From: Candidatus Nanohalarchaeota archaeon
GTDB lineage: Archaea > Nanohalarchaeota > Nanosalinia > Nanosalinales > Nanosalinaceae
NCBI GenBank assembly: GCA_022729235.1
Contig: JALDAJ010000001.1
Coordinates: 1 to 64,000, forward strand
DNA length: 64,000 nucleotides
Direction: 5' to 3'
Of the stretch, positions 9,668 to 19,568 are shown one piece after another. The position numbers and the translations under genes were made by a program. Position 1 is the stretch's first letter. Every line of letters begins with the position of its first letter. The notes under the pieces are model-generated. The model searched no databases and was not told the DNA's origin. It was given only the letters and a program-made list of their open reading frames with translations.

Positions 9668-10183
9668 CTAGTCACTTCTGAAGAGGTACAGCGTCTCGAA
9701 CCAGAGTTCTTTCTCACCTATACGGTCTATATCGAAGTCATCTTCAAGCGACTTGAAGTCAGACCGGGAGCTCGCCAGGAAAAGTACTTCTCCATCCTCC
9801 ATAAGGTATGCTCCAGAATCTTCAAGGAACTGTTTCGTCAGCTCTATACCGGTTTCACCGCCGTCCAGCGCACTATATCTTTCACCCGGTAGGTAGGGAG
9901 GGTTGAATACGATAAAATCAAATCGTCCTTCAACGTTCTCGAAAAGATCGGACTCGATAAATTCTATACTGTCCTCGACCCCGGTTTCGCGGGCATTCCT
10001 CCTCGCGTCCTCCAACACTCCAGGATCGATATCTACCGCAGCTACTTCAGCTCCTTCTTTCGCAGCGGTTATAGCGAGGATGCCTGAACCTGTACCCATG
10101 TCAAGGACTTTTCTCTCTTCCAGTTCAAGTTGTTCAAGACGTTCCTTGAGGAAGTAGGAGTCTTCTTCTGGACCGTACGTCAT
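9668..10183 (-). CDS. hemK: HemK2/PrmC-type protein methyltransferase
   Basis: PEEDS, VLDMGTGSG and FNPPY motifs; conserved position near rsmA. Confidence 0.88.
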   Translation of the reverse strand: MTYGPEEDSYFLKERLEQLELEERKVLDMGTGSGILAITAAKEGAEVAAVDIDPGVLEDARRNARETGVEDSIEFIESDLFENVEGRFDFIVFNPPYLPGERYSALDGGETGIELTKQFLEDSGAYLMEDGEVLFLASSRSDFKSLEDDFDIDRIGEKELWFETLYLFRSD

Positions 10184-11754
10184 TTTGTGGCTTCAAGAAA
10201 CGCCAGGTACAGCGGGTTTGGGCTCTGGAACGAGGAGTTGAACTCTGGATGTGCCTGTGTACCGATGAAGAACCGGTGGTCTTCGAGTTCTACGTACTCC
10301 GCGAGTTCTCTATCCTGCATCGTACCTGAGATGCTCAAGCCGTTTTCCTCCAGCTTTTCATGGTACTCCGGGTTGACCTCGTAGCGGTGGCGATGTCTCT
10401 CCGAGGCAGTACTTGAACCGTAGACTTCCTTTACACGACCTTCAAGTTCTGCTGTGTAGGCGCCGAGTCTCATCGTCCCGCCTTTCTCTTCGATACCTTT
10501 CTGCCCGGGCAGTTCCGCGACCACCATCTCTTCATGCCCGTTCCCGAACTCTTCACTGGCTGCTTCTAGCCCGAGAACGTTGCGGGCGTACTCCACCACC
10601 ATCAGCTGGAGCCCGTAACACAGCCCGAGTAGAGGGATGTCGTTTTCACGGCAGTACTCTATCGCATCTATTTTTCCTTCGACACCGCGGGAGCCGAAAC
10701 CGCCGGGTATAACGATGCCGTCCATCTCATCGAGCTCCTCCGGTTCGATACCTTCGGTTGACACGTACTCTATCTCGACTGAACCTCCTAGCTCTGCGGC
10801 GGCGTGCTTCAGTGCTTCCTCAACGGAGGCGTAGGAGTCATCCATGTCGGTATACTTCCCGCATATCGCGACCTTCGCGACCGGTTCTGAGACCAGATTC
10901 CCGACTCTTTCCCGCCAGTCCTTCATCCCGTCATCCCTTTCCGGGAGATCTAGTTCGCGGGCTATCGTCTCGTCGACTCCCTGGTCGTCGAACATCATCG
11001 GTATCCTGTACACCGTATCAAGGTTGGGGTCGGATACTACCTCGTTCTCATCCACATCGCAAAATAGCGCGATTTTTTCTTTTGTCTTCTCATCCAGCTC
11101 TTTCTCACTCCTCCCTACTACCATGTCAGGCTCAAGTCCTACTTCACGCAGAGCCTTGACCGAGTGCTGTGTCGGCTTGGTCTTCTGTTCCCCAGTGGTT
11201 TCCAGGTAAGGCACCAGTGTAGTATGTATAAGATATGTTTCTTCCTCTCCACGCATCTGCCTCGCTGCTTCGAGGTAGAACTGGTTCTCCATATCTCCCA
11301 CAGTCCCACCGACCTCTACTATCACGATATCAGCGTCTTCCTCTGTTGCAATGTTTCTCCACCAGTCCTTGATCTCGTCTGTGACGTGAGGCACCATCTG
11401 GACGGTCTGCCCGAGGTATTCTCCTTTCCGCTCCCTGTCGATTACGCGCTGGAATATCTTGCCGGAGGTCAGGTTCCAGTCGCCCTTGCCTTTCACGTCG
11501 AGAAAGCGCTCGTAGTGACCGAAGTCCATGTCGACCTCAGTCCCGTCTTCAAGCACAAATACTTCGCCGTGTTCGTGAGGGTTCATCGTCCCCGGGTCAA
11601 CGTTCAGGTACCCGTCACATTTTATCGGCACCACTTTCAGGTCACGTTGTTCGAGAAGTTTTGAAACGCTGGCAGATACAAGCCCCTTACCAAGACCGGA
11701 GAGAACTCCGCCGGTGACGAAAATCCATTTAGTAGAACTGTCACGTTCCGGCAT
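10180..11754 (-). CDS. pyrG: CTP synthase
   Basis: TGGVLSGLGKG, KTKPTQHSV, GLCYGLQ, ERHRHRYEVN, QAHPEF. Confidence 0.98.
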   Translation of the reverse strand: MPERDSSTKWIFVTGGVLSGLGKGLVSASVSKLLEQRDLKVVPIKCDGYLNVDPGTMNPHEHGEVFVLEDGTEVDMDFGHYERFLDVKGKGDWNLTSGKIFQRVIDRERKGEYLGQTVQMVPHVTDEIKDWWRNIATEEDADIVIVEVGGTVGDMENQFYLEAARQMRGEEETYLIHTTLVPYLETTGEQKTKPTQHSVKALREVGLEPDMVVGRSEKELDEKTKEKIALFCDVDENEVVSDPNLDTVYRIPMMFDDQGVDETIARELDLPERDDGMKDWRERVGNLVSEPVAKVAICGKYTDMDDSYASVEEALKHAAAELGGSVEIEYVSTEGIEPEELDEMDGIVIPGGFGSRGVEGKIDAIEYCRENDIPLLGLCYGLQLMVVEYARNVLGLEAASEEFGNGHEEMVVAELPGQKGIEEKGGTMRLGAYTAELEGRVKEVYGSSTASERHRHRYEVNPEYHEKLEENGLSISGTMQDRELAEYVELEDHRFFIGTQAHPEFNSSFQSPNPLYLAFLEATK

Positions 11755-11794
11755 AATTCAAACAGACCAACAGCAAATAAATAACCAGCGATGT

Positions 11795-12595
11795 TCACAC
11801 AGGAAGAACATCTTCCAGGAACTCTGCGATCTCTTTCAGCTGGATTACCTGGAGGTTGATAACCCGTTCTTCGCTGTGCGGTATCTCATCCCGCAGTTCC
11901 TTTGCTTCATCTTTTTCCATACCCAGTATATGTCGGGCGTCGACGAACGCGTTCCTCGCTTTCTTCCTCTTGTGGGTGAACAATGCCCTAGAAATCTCGA
12001 AGAACTGTTCCTCGTCCTCTACGCCGTGCCGGTCCCTGTTAGGATATAGCTTGACTATCGCGGTGTCGACTTCAGGCGAAGGGTAGTAGCTTTCACGTGA
12101 GACCGTTCTCAGTTTGACAGGGATGAAGTAGTAGTTCGCAAGCACTGTGAAATGTGAGTAATCGCTCGAACCTGGTTCGGCAACGAGCCTGTCAGCCAGC
12201 TCTTCCTGCAGGATCAGTGAGGACTGCACCTGTTCGCGACCCAGTTTTTCCACCGCTTCACTCGATATCTGGAATGGTAGGTTGGAAACACATCTCTCCA
12301 CTTCATCCAGGATTTCATATTCAAGGAAGTCCTGGTTTATGACCTCCACAGGTGTATCCGAGAATTTATCCTCGAGATGTTCGGAGAGTTTTGTATCGGT
12401 TTCCAGCGCGTAAACCTTCTCCGCTTTTTCTTCGAGCGGTTCTGTTATTGCGCCCGTTCCCGCCCCGATCTCCATAACAGTTGTGCCATCGACTTCTCCT
12501 GCCTCGATTAGGGCGTCTATAACGTTCTCGTCTCTCAAGAAATTCTGTCCTTTAACCGGTTTTATGCCTAGACGTCGGAGTTCTTCCTCAATCAT
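11795..12595 (-). CDS. rsmA: 16S rRNA m6,2A dimethyltransferase KsgA/RsmA
   Basis: GQNFL, EIGAGTG, SNLPFQISS, PSPEVDTA. Confidence 0.95.
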   Translation of the reverse strand: MIEEELRRLGIKPVKGQNFLRDENVIDALIEAGEVDGTTVMEIGAGTGAITEPLEEKAEKVYALETDTKLSEHLEDKFSDTPVEVINQDFLEYEILDEVERCVSNLPFQISSEAVEKLGREQVQSSLILQEELADRLVAEPGSSDYSHFTVLANYYFIPVKLRTVSRESYYPSPEVDTAIVKLYPNRDRHGVEDEEQFFEISRALFTHKRKKARNAFVDARHILGMEKDEAKELRDEIPHSEERVINLQVIQLKEIAEFLEDVLPV

Positions 12596-12599
12596 CTAT

Positions 12600-13139
12600 C
12601 TATGAGGTGAAAAGTTTTCTCTTGGTTTCGCCTTCCAGTTCTTCGATGATACGGTCGATTATGATGTCTTCAGGATCCGAGATTGTGGATACGCGTTCTT
12701 TGACACCTTCAAGACTTTCGAACTCTTCTTTCCCGCGTTCGTCGAGGATGGTCTGCATGTGTTTCTCTCCTACACCAGGCAGTAACTGTAAAGCGTGTCT
12801 TCTCGGTGTTACTGGACCTGATTCGTTGAAGAACTCGACAAATTTTTCTTCGTTATCCTTGACAAGACTCTGCAGCACGTATTTGAGTTCGGCTTTCGCG
12901 TTACCGGTAAGGTCGCCATACTCTATCCTGTCCTTGATGAACTTGACCCTGTCTCGTTCACCCTCTCCTATGTACAGTTCTTCTCCACCTTTAGGGTGCT
13001 CGCTCTCTCTAGTTACAACTTCAAGTAGGTTGAAGTGCTCGGTACCTATCCCCTGGACCATAGGCTCGTCTTTCTCTCCGGCTCTACCGTGCTCCAGGAA
13101 ATCCAGTACCTTGATGTTATCATCTTTTTTGTCGCTCAT
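12600..13139 (-). CDS. DUF655 putative RNA-binding protein
   Basis: VLDFLEHG, FVEFFN, LQLLPGVG; conserved synteny between rpoF and rsmA. Confidence 0.9.
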   Translation of the reverse strand: MSDKKDDNIKVLDFLEHGRAGEKDEPMVQGIGTEHFNLLEVVTRESEHPKGGEELYIGEGERDRVKFIKDRIEYGDLTGNAKAELKYVLQSLVKDNEEKFVEFFNESGPVTPRRHALQLLPGVGEKHMQTILDERGKEEFESLEGVKERVSTISDPEDIIIDRIIEELEGETKRKLFTS

Positions 13140-13194
13140 ATAAAATCACCTTGAGGGCATGGAAAAACAGCGTTTTTAGAAGTTAAAAGCCTTT

Positions 13195-13530
13195 CTAATC
13201 CTCGGTTTCAATACTCTGGCAGATGTCCAGGATATTTTCAATCTCAGAATCATCGAGTTTGATGCGTTCCTTTGAGAATACCGCTCTCACAGTCGATTCA
13301 TGCTGCGGTACTACCTCTAGAAGCTTGTAGATATGACTGTCCTTGAGAGACTCTATCTCGGAGAACTCTTCGTAAAGCTCTTCGAGCGTGTCGAGATCAC
13401 GAACCTTGCAGTGTCTCTTCAGATTCTCCAGCGCGATCTTCTGCTCGTGGGTCAGTTCTTCCTCTTCTCTATCTTCAAGAGTGTTTAAAGCTTCAATCGG
13501 GTACGCCAGTTCTTCGTCTTTAATCTCCAT
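13195..13530 (-). CDS. rpoF: RNA polymerase subunit Rpo4 (RpoF)
   Basis: ELTHEQKIALE and VRAVFSKERI; follows rpl21e. Confidence 0.88.
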   Translation of the reverse strand: MEIKDEELAYPIEALNTLEDREEEELTHEQKIALENLKRHCKVRDLDTLEELYEEFSEIESLKDSHIYKLLEVVPQHESTVRAVFSKERIKLDDSEIENILDICQSIETED

Positions 13531-13535
13531 TCAAA

Positions 13536-13826
13536 TCATTCCTCGACTTTTTTCAGGTGTACCGGCTTCAGGAAAAGAGTTTTCGCCTCGTTACCATCCT
13601 GAACCTCCAGCTTAACAGCATCTCCACGGAAACCAGTTACTTCCGCAGTCCTGCCGTGGAACCGGTGGTGCTGACGTCCTTCCTGGACAGAGGCGTTGTA
13701 CTTGATAAGCACTTTTTCTCCCTCTTCGAACTCCTCCATGTAATCGTTTACAGTTACTTTTTCCTGGGAACCTCTAGCAAGCTTGTGCCGTGAACCCTGC
13801 TGTTTACCACTAGATTTCTGAGCCAT
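13536..13826 (-). CDS. rpl21e: 50S ribosomal protein L21e
   Basis: SVQEGRQHHRFHGRT and KPVHL. Confidence 0.95.
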   Translation of the reverse strand: MAQKSSGKQQGSRHKLARGSQEKVTVNDYMEEFEEGEKVLIKYNASVQEGRQHHRFHGRTAEVTGFRGDAVKLEVQDGNEAKTLFLKPVHLKKVEE

Positions 13827-13976
13827 ACAGATAGTACACCTATACCTAGCCTCGAATCAAACCTTTTTAAACACAGGCGCTCGCCAAACACAAAGATACA
13901 CCTAACCACACATTTCGTCTCGAAACAGACACAACATTTAAAAGAGAAGTATCCAAATCCGTGGATTGTTGATAAC

Positions 13977-14255
13977 ATGGCTGATTTAGAAGACTTAGAT
14001 CTTGAAGAATTAAGCAGAGAGCAGGCAAGGTTCAACGGATTCGAAGTTCTTAATGGAGAATCAGAAACAGCTAGTAGAGTAGAACAAGCAGTAGACGTAA
14101 ATGGAGGTACAATCCTCTACAACAAAGACGAAGAAATTTATGGCGTCCACACTCCGGCTCTAGTTTATAACGGAGACGACAGCGAACCAGACTGTTTAGT
14201 GGGAGTAGATGGCAGTGGAGAAGCAAGACTCCTCTGTGACTTCCGTTACCTCTAA
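13977..14255 (+). CDS. Acidic hypothetical protein (ORFan)
   Basis: Acidic composition; TTTAAAA box upstream; fills the gap on the opposite strand. Confidence 0.55.
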   Translation: MADLEDLDLEELSREQARFNGFEVLNGESETASRVEQAVDVNGGTILYNKDEEIYGVHTPALVYNGDDSEPDCLVGVDGSGEARLLCDFRYL

Positions 14256-14276
14256 TCTCGAACTCTTTCTTACCCT

Positions 14277-15509
14277 TTATTTTTCTATCTCTATAACGTC
14301 AAGCGTCTCGACTTCCGCTTCTGTACCGAGTAGCCCTGCAACGCTCGGCTCTGTTCTACCTTCGTCGCTGGAGACGAGTTCCTTGATGTAGGTACCCGCC
14401 TCTGCCGCGACTTCAAGCTCGATTTCCCCTTCACCCGTCTTCTCCCAGTCAACGCTGTAGACTTCTCGCCTGCGAACCTTGTCGGCGCGTCGCTGGTCCA
14501 CGCGGTGAGGCGTTCTCTGCTCGACCTCTCCAACCAATTCTTCGAGTTTCTCCAGCTCTTCCTCCGCAACATCTTCCTCCAGTTTCACTTTCGCGCGGTA
14601 GGTCTTGTCGGCGTGCTTCTGTTTGATATCTTCGATCTCATCTTTCTCTGCGAACCTCAGGTTGAATATCTCCACATTGTCCTGTGATTCATTAACTTCT
14701 TCCTGTAGTTCTTCAAGGTCGATATCGCGTTCCAGAGGCTCTACAAGTTCAAGTACGAACTCCCGCTTTCCCAAGCAACGGGCGTCAACGTCTTCACGAC
14801 CGCCGCCGTGGAACTTTGCCTCGATCGCGTTTGTTTCCCTTATGAATGGCGGCTGTATCTCTTCCTGCACCGATGTCGGGTACTGTTTTCCTGTCCAGTC
14901 GCACTCCTCACACCCGTTCCCGCGACAGTTACGGCAGTGCCACTCTGTCTGCGGGATTTCGCGTGAATACTTGTTGTACTGACCGTACACGAGCAGAGAG
15001 TTGACCTGCAGTTCCACGCGGTCCTTGCCTTCCCGCATGTCGACTACAGCCATTATATCCGGTCGTTTAAAGTCGACCTTGATGTCCAGCTCTGCCTCCA
15101 TTCTTTTTCCTAGGAGACGTGATAATTCAGTCTTGATAGGTTCCGTCCACTCGATTCCGTGCTCCTCCCATAGCTCTTCCTCCGCCTCTACTACCTCCTC
15201 CGGAGGTCTTATACCAATGAGGAAGGTGGAAAGGTCGTGGCGGTCGAACGCGTTAGTAAGCATCTCTGTGTAGCGGTCAAGTTCCTCGAAAACTCCCTGG
15301 CAGACCTCACATTCACCGCCGACTTCAGCATCCTCCGGAATGTTCTCGCGGACGAAGTCATCCTCATCAAGATCTTCTATTTCACGGGCGATCGCGCCGC
15401 GCTCATAGTTCTCCAGCCCATGCCCTAGCTTTGCAAACTGGCGTCCGAGGCAGTGGTCGCAGAGATCTTCTTCCAATAAGCGGTCGCGCTTTTCTTTTAC
15501 TGTTAGCAT
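14277..15509 (-). CDS. pus10: tRNA pseudouridine(54/55) synthase Pus10
   Basis: CDHCLGR, YNKYSREIPQT, GREDVDAR, QRTP, GTYIKELV. Confidence 0.96.
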   Translation of the reverse strand: MLTVKEKRDRLLEEDLCDHCLGRQFAKLGHGLENYERGAIAREIEDLDEDDFVRENIPEDAEVGGECEVCQGVFEELDRYTEMLTNAFDRHDLSTFLIGIRPPEEVVEAEEELWEEHGIEWTEPIKTELSRLLGKRMEAELDIKVDFKRPDIMAVVDMREGKDRVELQVNSLLVYGQYNKYSREIPQTEWHCRNCRGNGCEECDWTGKQYPTSVQEEIQPPFIRETNAIEAKFHGGGREDVDARCLGKREFVLELVEPLERDIDLEELQEEVNESQDNVEIFNLRFAEKDEIEDIKQKHADKTYRAKVKLEEDVAEEELEKLEELVGEVEQRTPHRVDQRRADKVRRREVYSVDWEKTGEGEIELEVAAEAGTYIKELVSSDEGRTEPSVAGLLGTEAEVETLDVIEIEK

Positions 15510-15587
15510 ATTTAGAGCCTTGCAAGGAACTTTTATGAACTATCTCATAAGGAAACAGATTTAAGCTTTCAATGGTATTCCATTACT

Positions 15588-15827
15588 ATGCCAACAACAA
15601 GTGTTGATCTTCCGGAGGAACTGAAGGAGAGGATTGAAAAAGCAGTAGAAAAAGGTCCCTATATGTCCAATTCAGACTTTATACGCGATGCAGCCAGAAG
15701 ATTACTGGATAAAAGAGATGAAAAGCTTTCAGAACAGGCTATAGAAGAATTAAACCGGAGACTAGACCATAGCGAGGAAGACCTACTTACTCCCGAAGAG
15801 TTCAGAGACCAGGCGAACGGGGAATGA
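15588..15827 (+). CDS. Ribbon-helix-helix antitoxin
   Basis: TSVDLPEELKERI...YMSNSDFIRDAARRLL; overlaps the toxin start (ATGA). Confidence 0.85.
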   Translation: MPTTSVDLPEELKERIEKAVEKGPYMSNSDFIRDAARRLLDKRDEKLSEQAIEELNRRLDHSEEDLLTPEEFRDQANGE

Positions 15828-16129
15828 AGCTAAGGTACAGGAAGGAGGCTCTTAAAGACCAGGAAAACCTCAGTGATGCGCAGTTCGAAGAGATCGAAGA
15901 GGAGATAGAGAAAGCCTGTGAAGAAGGTTTCGACAGACCCAACGTTAAGGTCGTTCCGAACCCGGAGCTTGAACATCCTATCTGGCAGCTGAAAGTTGAT
16001 GGCGAACATACCAACCATAGAATTTTCCTGGACATGGAGAACTCGACCCTGATAGTCATGGCTATATGGAGTTTTGAATTTACACATGAAGGTGATCAGC
16101 ACTGGGAAGAATTAGAAGATAGGATGTAA
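15824..16129 (+). CDS. RelE/ParE family toxin
   Basis: LRYRKEALKD...WQLKV...HRIF; coupled to the RHH gene. Confidence 0.75.
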   Translation: MKLRYRKEALKDQENLSDAQFEEIEEEIEKACEEGFDRPNVKVVPNPELEHPIWQLKVDGEHTNHRIFLDMENSTLIVMAIWSFEFTHEGDQHWEELEDRM

Positions 16130-16146
16130 CTTATACTTCGAAAAGT

Positions 16147-16680
16147 CTAAACCACGAACCTCTCTTCCTCTTTCCTGAGTTCACCGTTTTCAAGGCTAAT
16201 AAGTTCCGCGACAAGTTCACCGTTTTCAACTTCTACCGCCATCATTTTTGGTGCTCCTTGAGACGCACTTAAACCTCCTGCTCCTGTACATGTTCCCGGG
16301 TTGAGCAGCACCTTACTGTCTTTTTCCTGCGCTGTCTGGGTGTGGGTGTGACCATGAAACAAAACCTCTGCTTCCAGCTTGTTCGCAGTCTCTGCTAGCG
16401 TCGGAGGGTGACCTCGCGGCTGTATCCCTGTCCCGTGGTAGACTCCAAAATCTACTCCGTCGTACTCGAACGTTTCCGATACCGGTAACTCGAAGAAGTC
16501 ACAGTTGCCCTTGACCGCGATGAAGTCTTCGTAGCGTTCATCGAGTCTCTTGTAGACCTTCTCTTTTTCAAAGTCGCCGCAGTGTACAACGAGCGAGGCT
16601 TCGTCCATTACTCTGTAGAATTCATCCGGTACCTCCTCGGCGCGACCAGGGATGTGAGAATCGGAGATTACAGCTATCAT
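16147..16680 (-). CDS. YfcE/MJ0936/Vps29-like metallophosphoesterase
   Basis: ISDSH, HCGD, VKGNCD, HG, GHTH, NPG. Confidence 0.92.
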   Translation of the reverse strand: MIAVISDSHIPGRAEEVPDEFYRVMDEASLVVHCGDFEKEKVYKRLDERYEDFIAVKGNCDFFELPVSETFEYDGVDFGVYHGTGIQPRGHPPTLAETANKLEAEVLFHGHTHTQTAQEKDSKVLLNPGTCTGAGGLSASQGAPKMMAVEVENGELVAELISLENGELRKEEERFVV

Positions 16681-16921
16681 ATCCGTCGTGGTGCTTCAAA
16701 GCTTTATATACAGCGTGCTACAAGCCTTTTTACAGCGGGGGAAGCGGGTTCTATGAGGAGTCGCTATGGAAGCAAAAAGAAGAATCTACCGCCCCGTACT
16801 TTTCCTGATGCTAGCCGTAACTAGAGGTTTTAACAGGTTTGACTGGAACCTGCCGACCAAGTGGTACTCTTTTATCGACTCACTCCGTGTCTCTTCAGGC
16901 GTCCTGCATGAACGTATAGGG

Positions 16922-17056
16922 ATGATAGATGAAGAGGTAGAAGAAGAGTTCAGAGAGGTTGAGAAACGGATTGACCGCCGGCTCGGGAACGAAAAGTTTT
17001 ACAGCGAGGAAGAGATAGAGAAGTTACAGAACAAGATAAGCGAGATGAGGGTCTAG
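16922..17056 (+). CDS. Small hypothetical protein (44 aa)
   Basis: Acidic helical tail of track ORF 16766..17056; the upstream part has atypical composition. Confidence 0.35.
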   Translation: MIDEEVEEEFREVEKRIDRRLGNEKFYSEEEIEKLQNKISEMRV

Positions 17057-18348
17057 CCCATACCAAGCTTACCTAGCATGTCCTGCATGTTGCCACGTTT
17101 CATCGATTTCTTGTCGAACTTGTCCATCATGTTCTTGGTCTGGCGGAAGTGCTTGACAAGTTCCCGGACTTCTTCCCGCGAAGTTCCGGAACCCTTGGCG
17201 ATTCTCTCGGTGCGGGACTTGTTGATGACGGAGGGGTCTTCTTTTTCTTCAGCGGTCATAGAGTCCATTATAACCCCGTAGCTACCGATTTTTTCCTCGG
17301 TCATCTGGGATATGTCGTCAGGCAGTTTGTTCTTGGAGAATGGCAGTTGCTGCATTAAATCATCCATCATCCCGCTCCCTGTTACGGACTCTATCTGTTC
17401 GCGGAAGTCTTCCATCGTAAAGTCGCCTTCAAGAAGTTTCTCGGGGTCGGCATCAAGCTCCTCGACTTTCTCCAGTAGTGACTCCAGGTCTGGCTGACCT
17501 ATCATGTCGGAGACGAAGTCCACAGGGTTGTAGATTTCCAGGTCCTGCATCTTCTCTCCTGTACCTATGAACTGTACATCCGCGCCAGAGTGTTCACAGG
17601 CTACGAGTGCGCCCCCTCCCTTCGCGGAGGAGTCCATCTTTGTAACTATGACTCCGGTTATCCCGACTGCGTCATCGAATTTTTCCGCCTGCTTTCTAGC
17701 GGACTGTCCGATGTCCGCGGGGATGACCAGGTATGTCTCTTCAGGTTGAAGAACTGCATGGACATCTGCCAGCTCCTCCCGTAACTGGTCGTTCAGTGAG
17801 TCCCGCCCGGCGGAGTCAACTATCTTCACGTCCGCGTCCATCTCCTCCAGGGCGTTTTCGACCACACGGGAAGGCACTTCTGCATCCTTCTCCCCGTAAA
17901 ACTCTGCGTCCACATCTTCCGATAACTGCTCCAGTTGTTCGTATGCTGCAGGTCTGTCTGTGTCAGCTGCGATAAGTCCGACTTTGAAGCCTCGCTTCCG
18001 GTAAAAGTCAGCGAGTTTTCCTGCAGTCGTGGTTTTACCGGCGCCATAGAGACCGCATAGTAGTATGTCCTGCGGCTTTTCCTCTATATCTGCTTCATCA
18101 CCCAGCAACTCTTCCAGCTTGCTGTAGACTATCTCCAGGACGTGTTCTTTCCTGGAAAGTCCAGAAGGTGCTTCTTCCGATAATGCTTCTTCTCTTATCT
18201 CGTCGCTGAGTTCCGATACCAGTGAGACATCGACATCTGCCTGTATCAGATCGCGCTGGATATCCTTTACCAGTTGCTCGACTGCCTCCTTATCCGCAAC
18301 GCTTTTCGAGGAGAACTTCTCTATCGAGTCCTTTATCCGGTCGAACAT
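17053..18348 (-). CDS. srp54: Signal recognition particle protein SRP54
   Basis: GLYGAGKTTT, DSAGR, TKMD, KGGG, Met-rich M domain with RIAKGSG. Confidence 0.97.
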   Translation of the reverse strand: MFDRIKDSIEKFSSKSVADKEAVEQLVKDIQRDLIQADVDVSLVSELSDEIREEALSEEAPSGLSRKEHVLEIVYSKLEELLGDEADIEEKPQDILLCGLYGAGKTTTAGKLADFYRKRGFKVGLIAADTDRPAAYEQLEQLSEDVDAEFYGEKDAEVPSRVVENALEEMDADVKIVDSAGRDSLNDQLREELADVHAVLQPEETYLVIPADIGQSARKQAEKFDDAVGITGVIVTKMDSSAKGGGALVACEHSGADVQFIGTGEKMQDLEIYNPVDFVSDMIGQPDLESLLEKVEELDADPEKLLEGDFTMEDFREQIESVTGSGMMDDLMQQLPFSKNKLPDDISQMTEEKIGSYGVIMDSMTAEEKEDPSVINKSRTERIAKGSGTSREEVRELVKHFRQTKNMMDKFDKKSMKRGNMQDMLGKLGMG

Positions 18349-18391
18349 ATCCGTTTCTTGGGTGGCAAGGTTTAAGTGGATGGTTTCAGGG

Positions 18392-18721
18392 CTACCAGTA
18401 ATTACTGGAAATCATCGCTATCACTGCACCGATGAATGCCAGTCCCAGGGCTACGATGAGTGCGATACCGAAAGGGCTTCCCTGGATAGCGAGGTATGAG
18501 AACCCGGCAAGGAAGAACAGTAGGGCAGAAGTAGCTGGGTTGAGGAGAAATCCGAATGTGTTCCACGCCCGTTCCCCGGAGGAAAACCTGTGGAACAGCC
18601 ATCCTGATGCCAGGGTCACAAGCAGGGCTGATATAACTGATCCGGACTGGAGATATGTGTAGTATCCTGCGAGTCCTGCCACTATTCCTACAAGTACTGC
18701 TATTACTGCTCTATCTCCCAT
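18392..18721 (-). CDS. Small membrane protein
   Basis: Four hydrophobic segments. Confidence 0.65.
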   Translation of the reverse strand: MGDRAVIAVLVGIVAGLAGYYTYLQSGSVISALLVTLASGWLFHRFSSGERAWNTFGFLLNPATSALLFFLAGFSYLAIQGSPFGIALIVALGLAFIGAVIAMISSNYW

Positions 18722-18774
18722 AGTCGTAACAGAGCGCTAAAGGGATAAAAGATTTCCCGCGCCAAACCAAGAAT

Positions 18775-19560
18775 ATGGATTTTTCCATTGAGAGATTAGA
18801 AGGAGAAAAAATCAGGTACTTTGAATCAGGTCCCGAATCACCTTTACAGGTAGTCTTCCTTCCAGGTATTTTCAACCCTGAGATTTGGCGGCACCAGCTC
18901 AGGTATTTCCGCGGAAACTTCAGAACCATAAGCTACAGTACCGACGCGAAGGACTATCTCACGCAGAAGAGGATAGCAGAAAAGATACTTGAAAAAAGAG
19001 ATTTAGAGAACGCAGTCATAGTCTCACAGGGTCTTGGAAACAGCATATCACAGGAACTGGAGTACAGGGAGAACGTGATCGCAACAGTGATGACTGGGGC
19101 GATAAGAAACCCAAGGTTGTACCCTCAACGGCTATACAACCCTGCGGTCAAACTGCTAAAGAGCGAACCCAAACTTTTCAAGAAAGCATTCTTCTCCAGC
19201 GTCTCCGACTACCGCGTGGTAAGGCAGTTCCTGAAAGACGTAGAGCTTCCCTCACACCGGATTTATAGTTCATTCGTGAACGAACATGCCCTCCGCAGAC
19301 CAGTCAAGAAGTCAATGATCATCCACCCCATGAGCGACCGTTTCTCATCAGTCGACGAGGCGAGAAGACTCCATCCTGAAGCATGTATAAGCGTCATACA
19401 GGACGCAGGCACATTCAGCTTCTACGAGAAGCCAGAGGAATACAACAAAGCATTGCTGGACTTCCTGAATACGCTTGAAGGTTTCGTGGAGACAAGGGAG
19501 GTATCACAGACCCAGCAGGAAAACCGGTCCTTAAAAGACTTCGTCGAGATTACAGAGTAG
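18775..19560 (+). CDS. Alpha/beta-hydrolase-fold protein, probably inactive
   Basis: VVFLPG, IVSQGLG in place of GxSxG, DAGTFSFYEKPEEYN in place of AGH...E.PE.FN. Confidence 0.75.
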   Translation: MDFSIERLEGEKIRYFESGPESPLQVVFLPGIFNPEIWRHQLRYFRGNFRTISYSTDAKDYLTQKRIAEKILEKRDLENAVIVSQGLGNSISQELEYRENVIATVMTGAIRNPRLYPQRLYNPAVKLLKSEPKLFKKAFFSSVSDYRVVRQFLKDVELPSHRIYSSFVNEHALRRPVKKSMIIHPMSDRFSSVDEARRLHPEACISVIQDAGTFSFYEKPEEYNKALLDFLNTLEGFVETREVSQTQQENRSLKDFVEITE

Positions 19561-19568
19561 GTGTCTAG

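Noticed and set aside
16681-17052. SRP (7S) RNA or 5S rRNA next to srp54
   Set aside because: No helix-8 GNRA/AGCAG motif or 5S signature on either strand.
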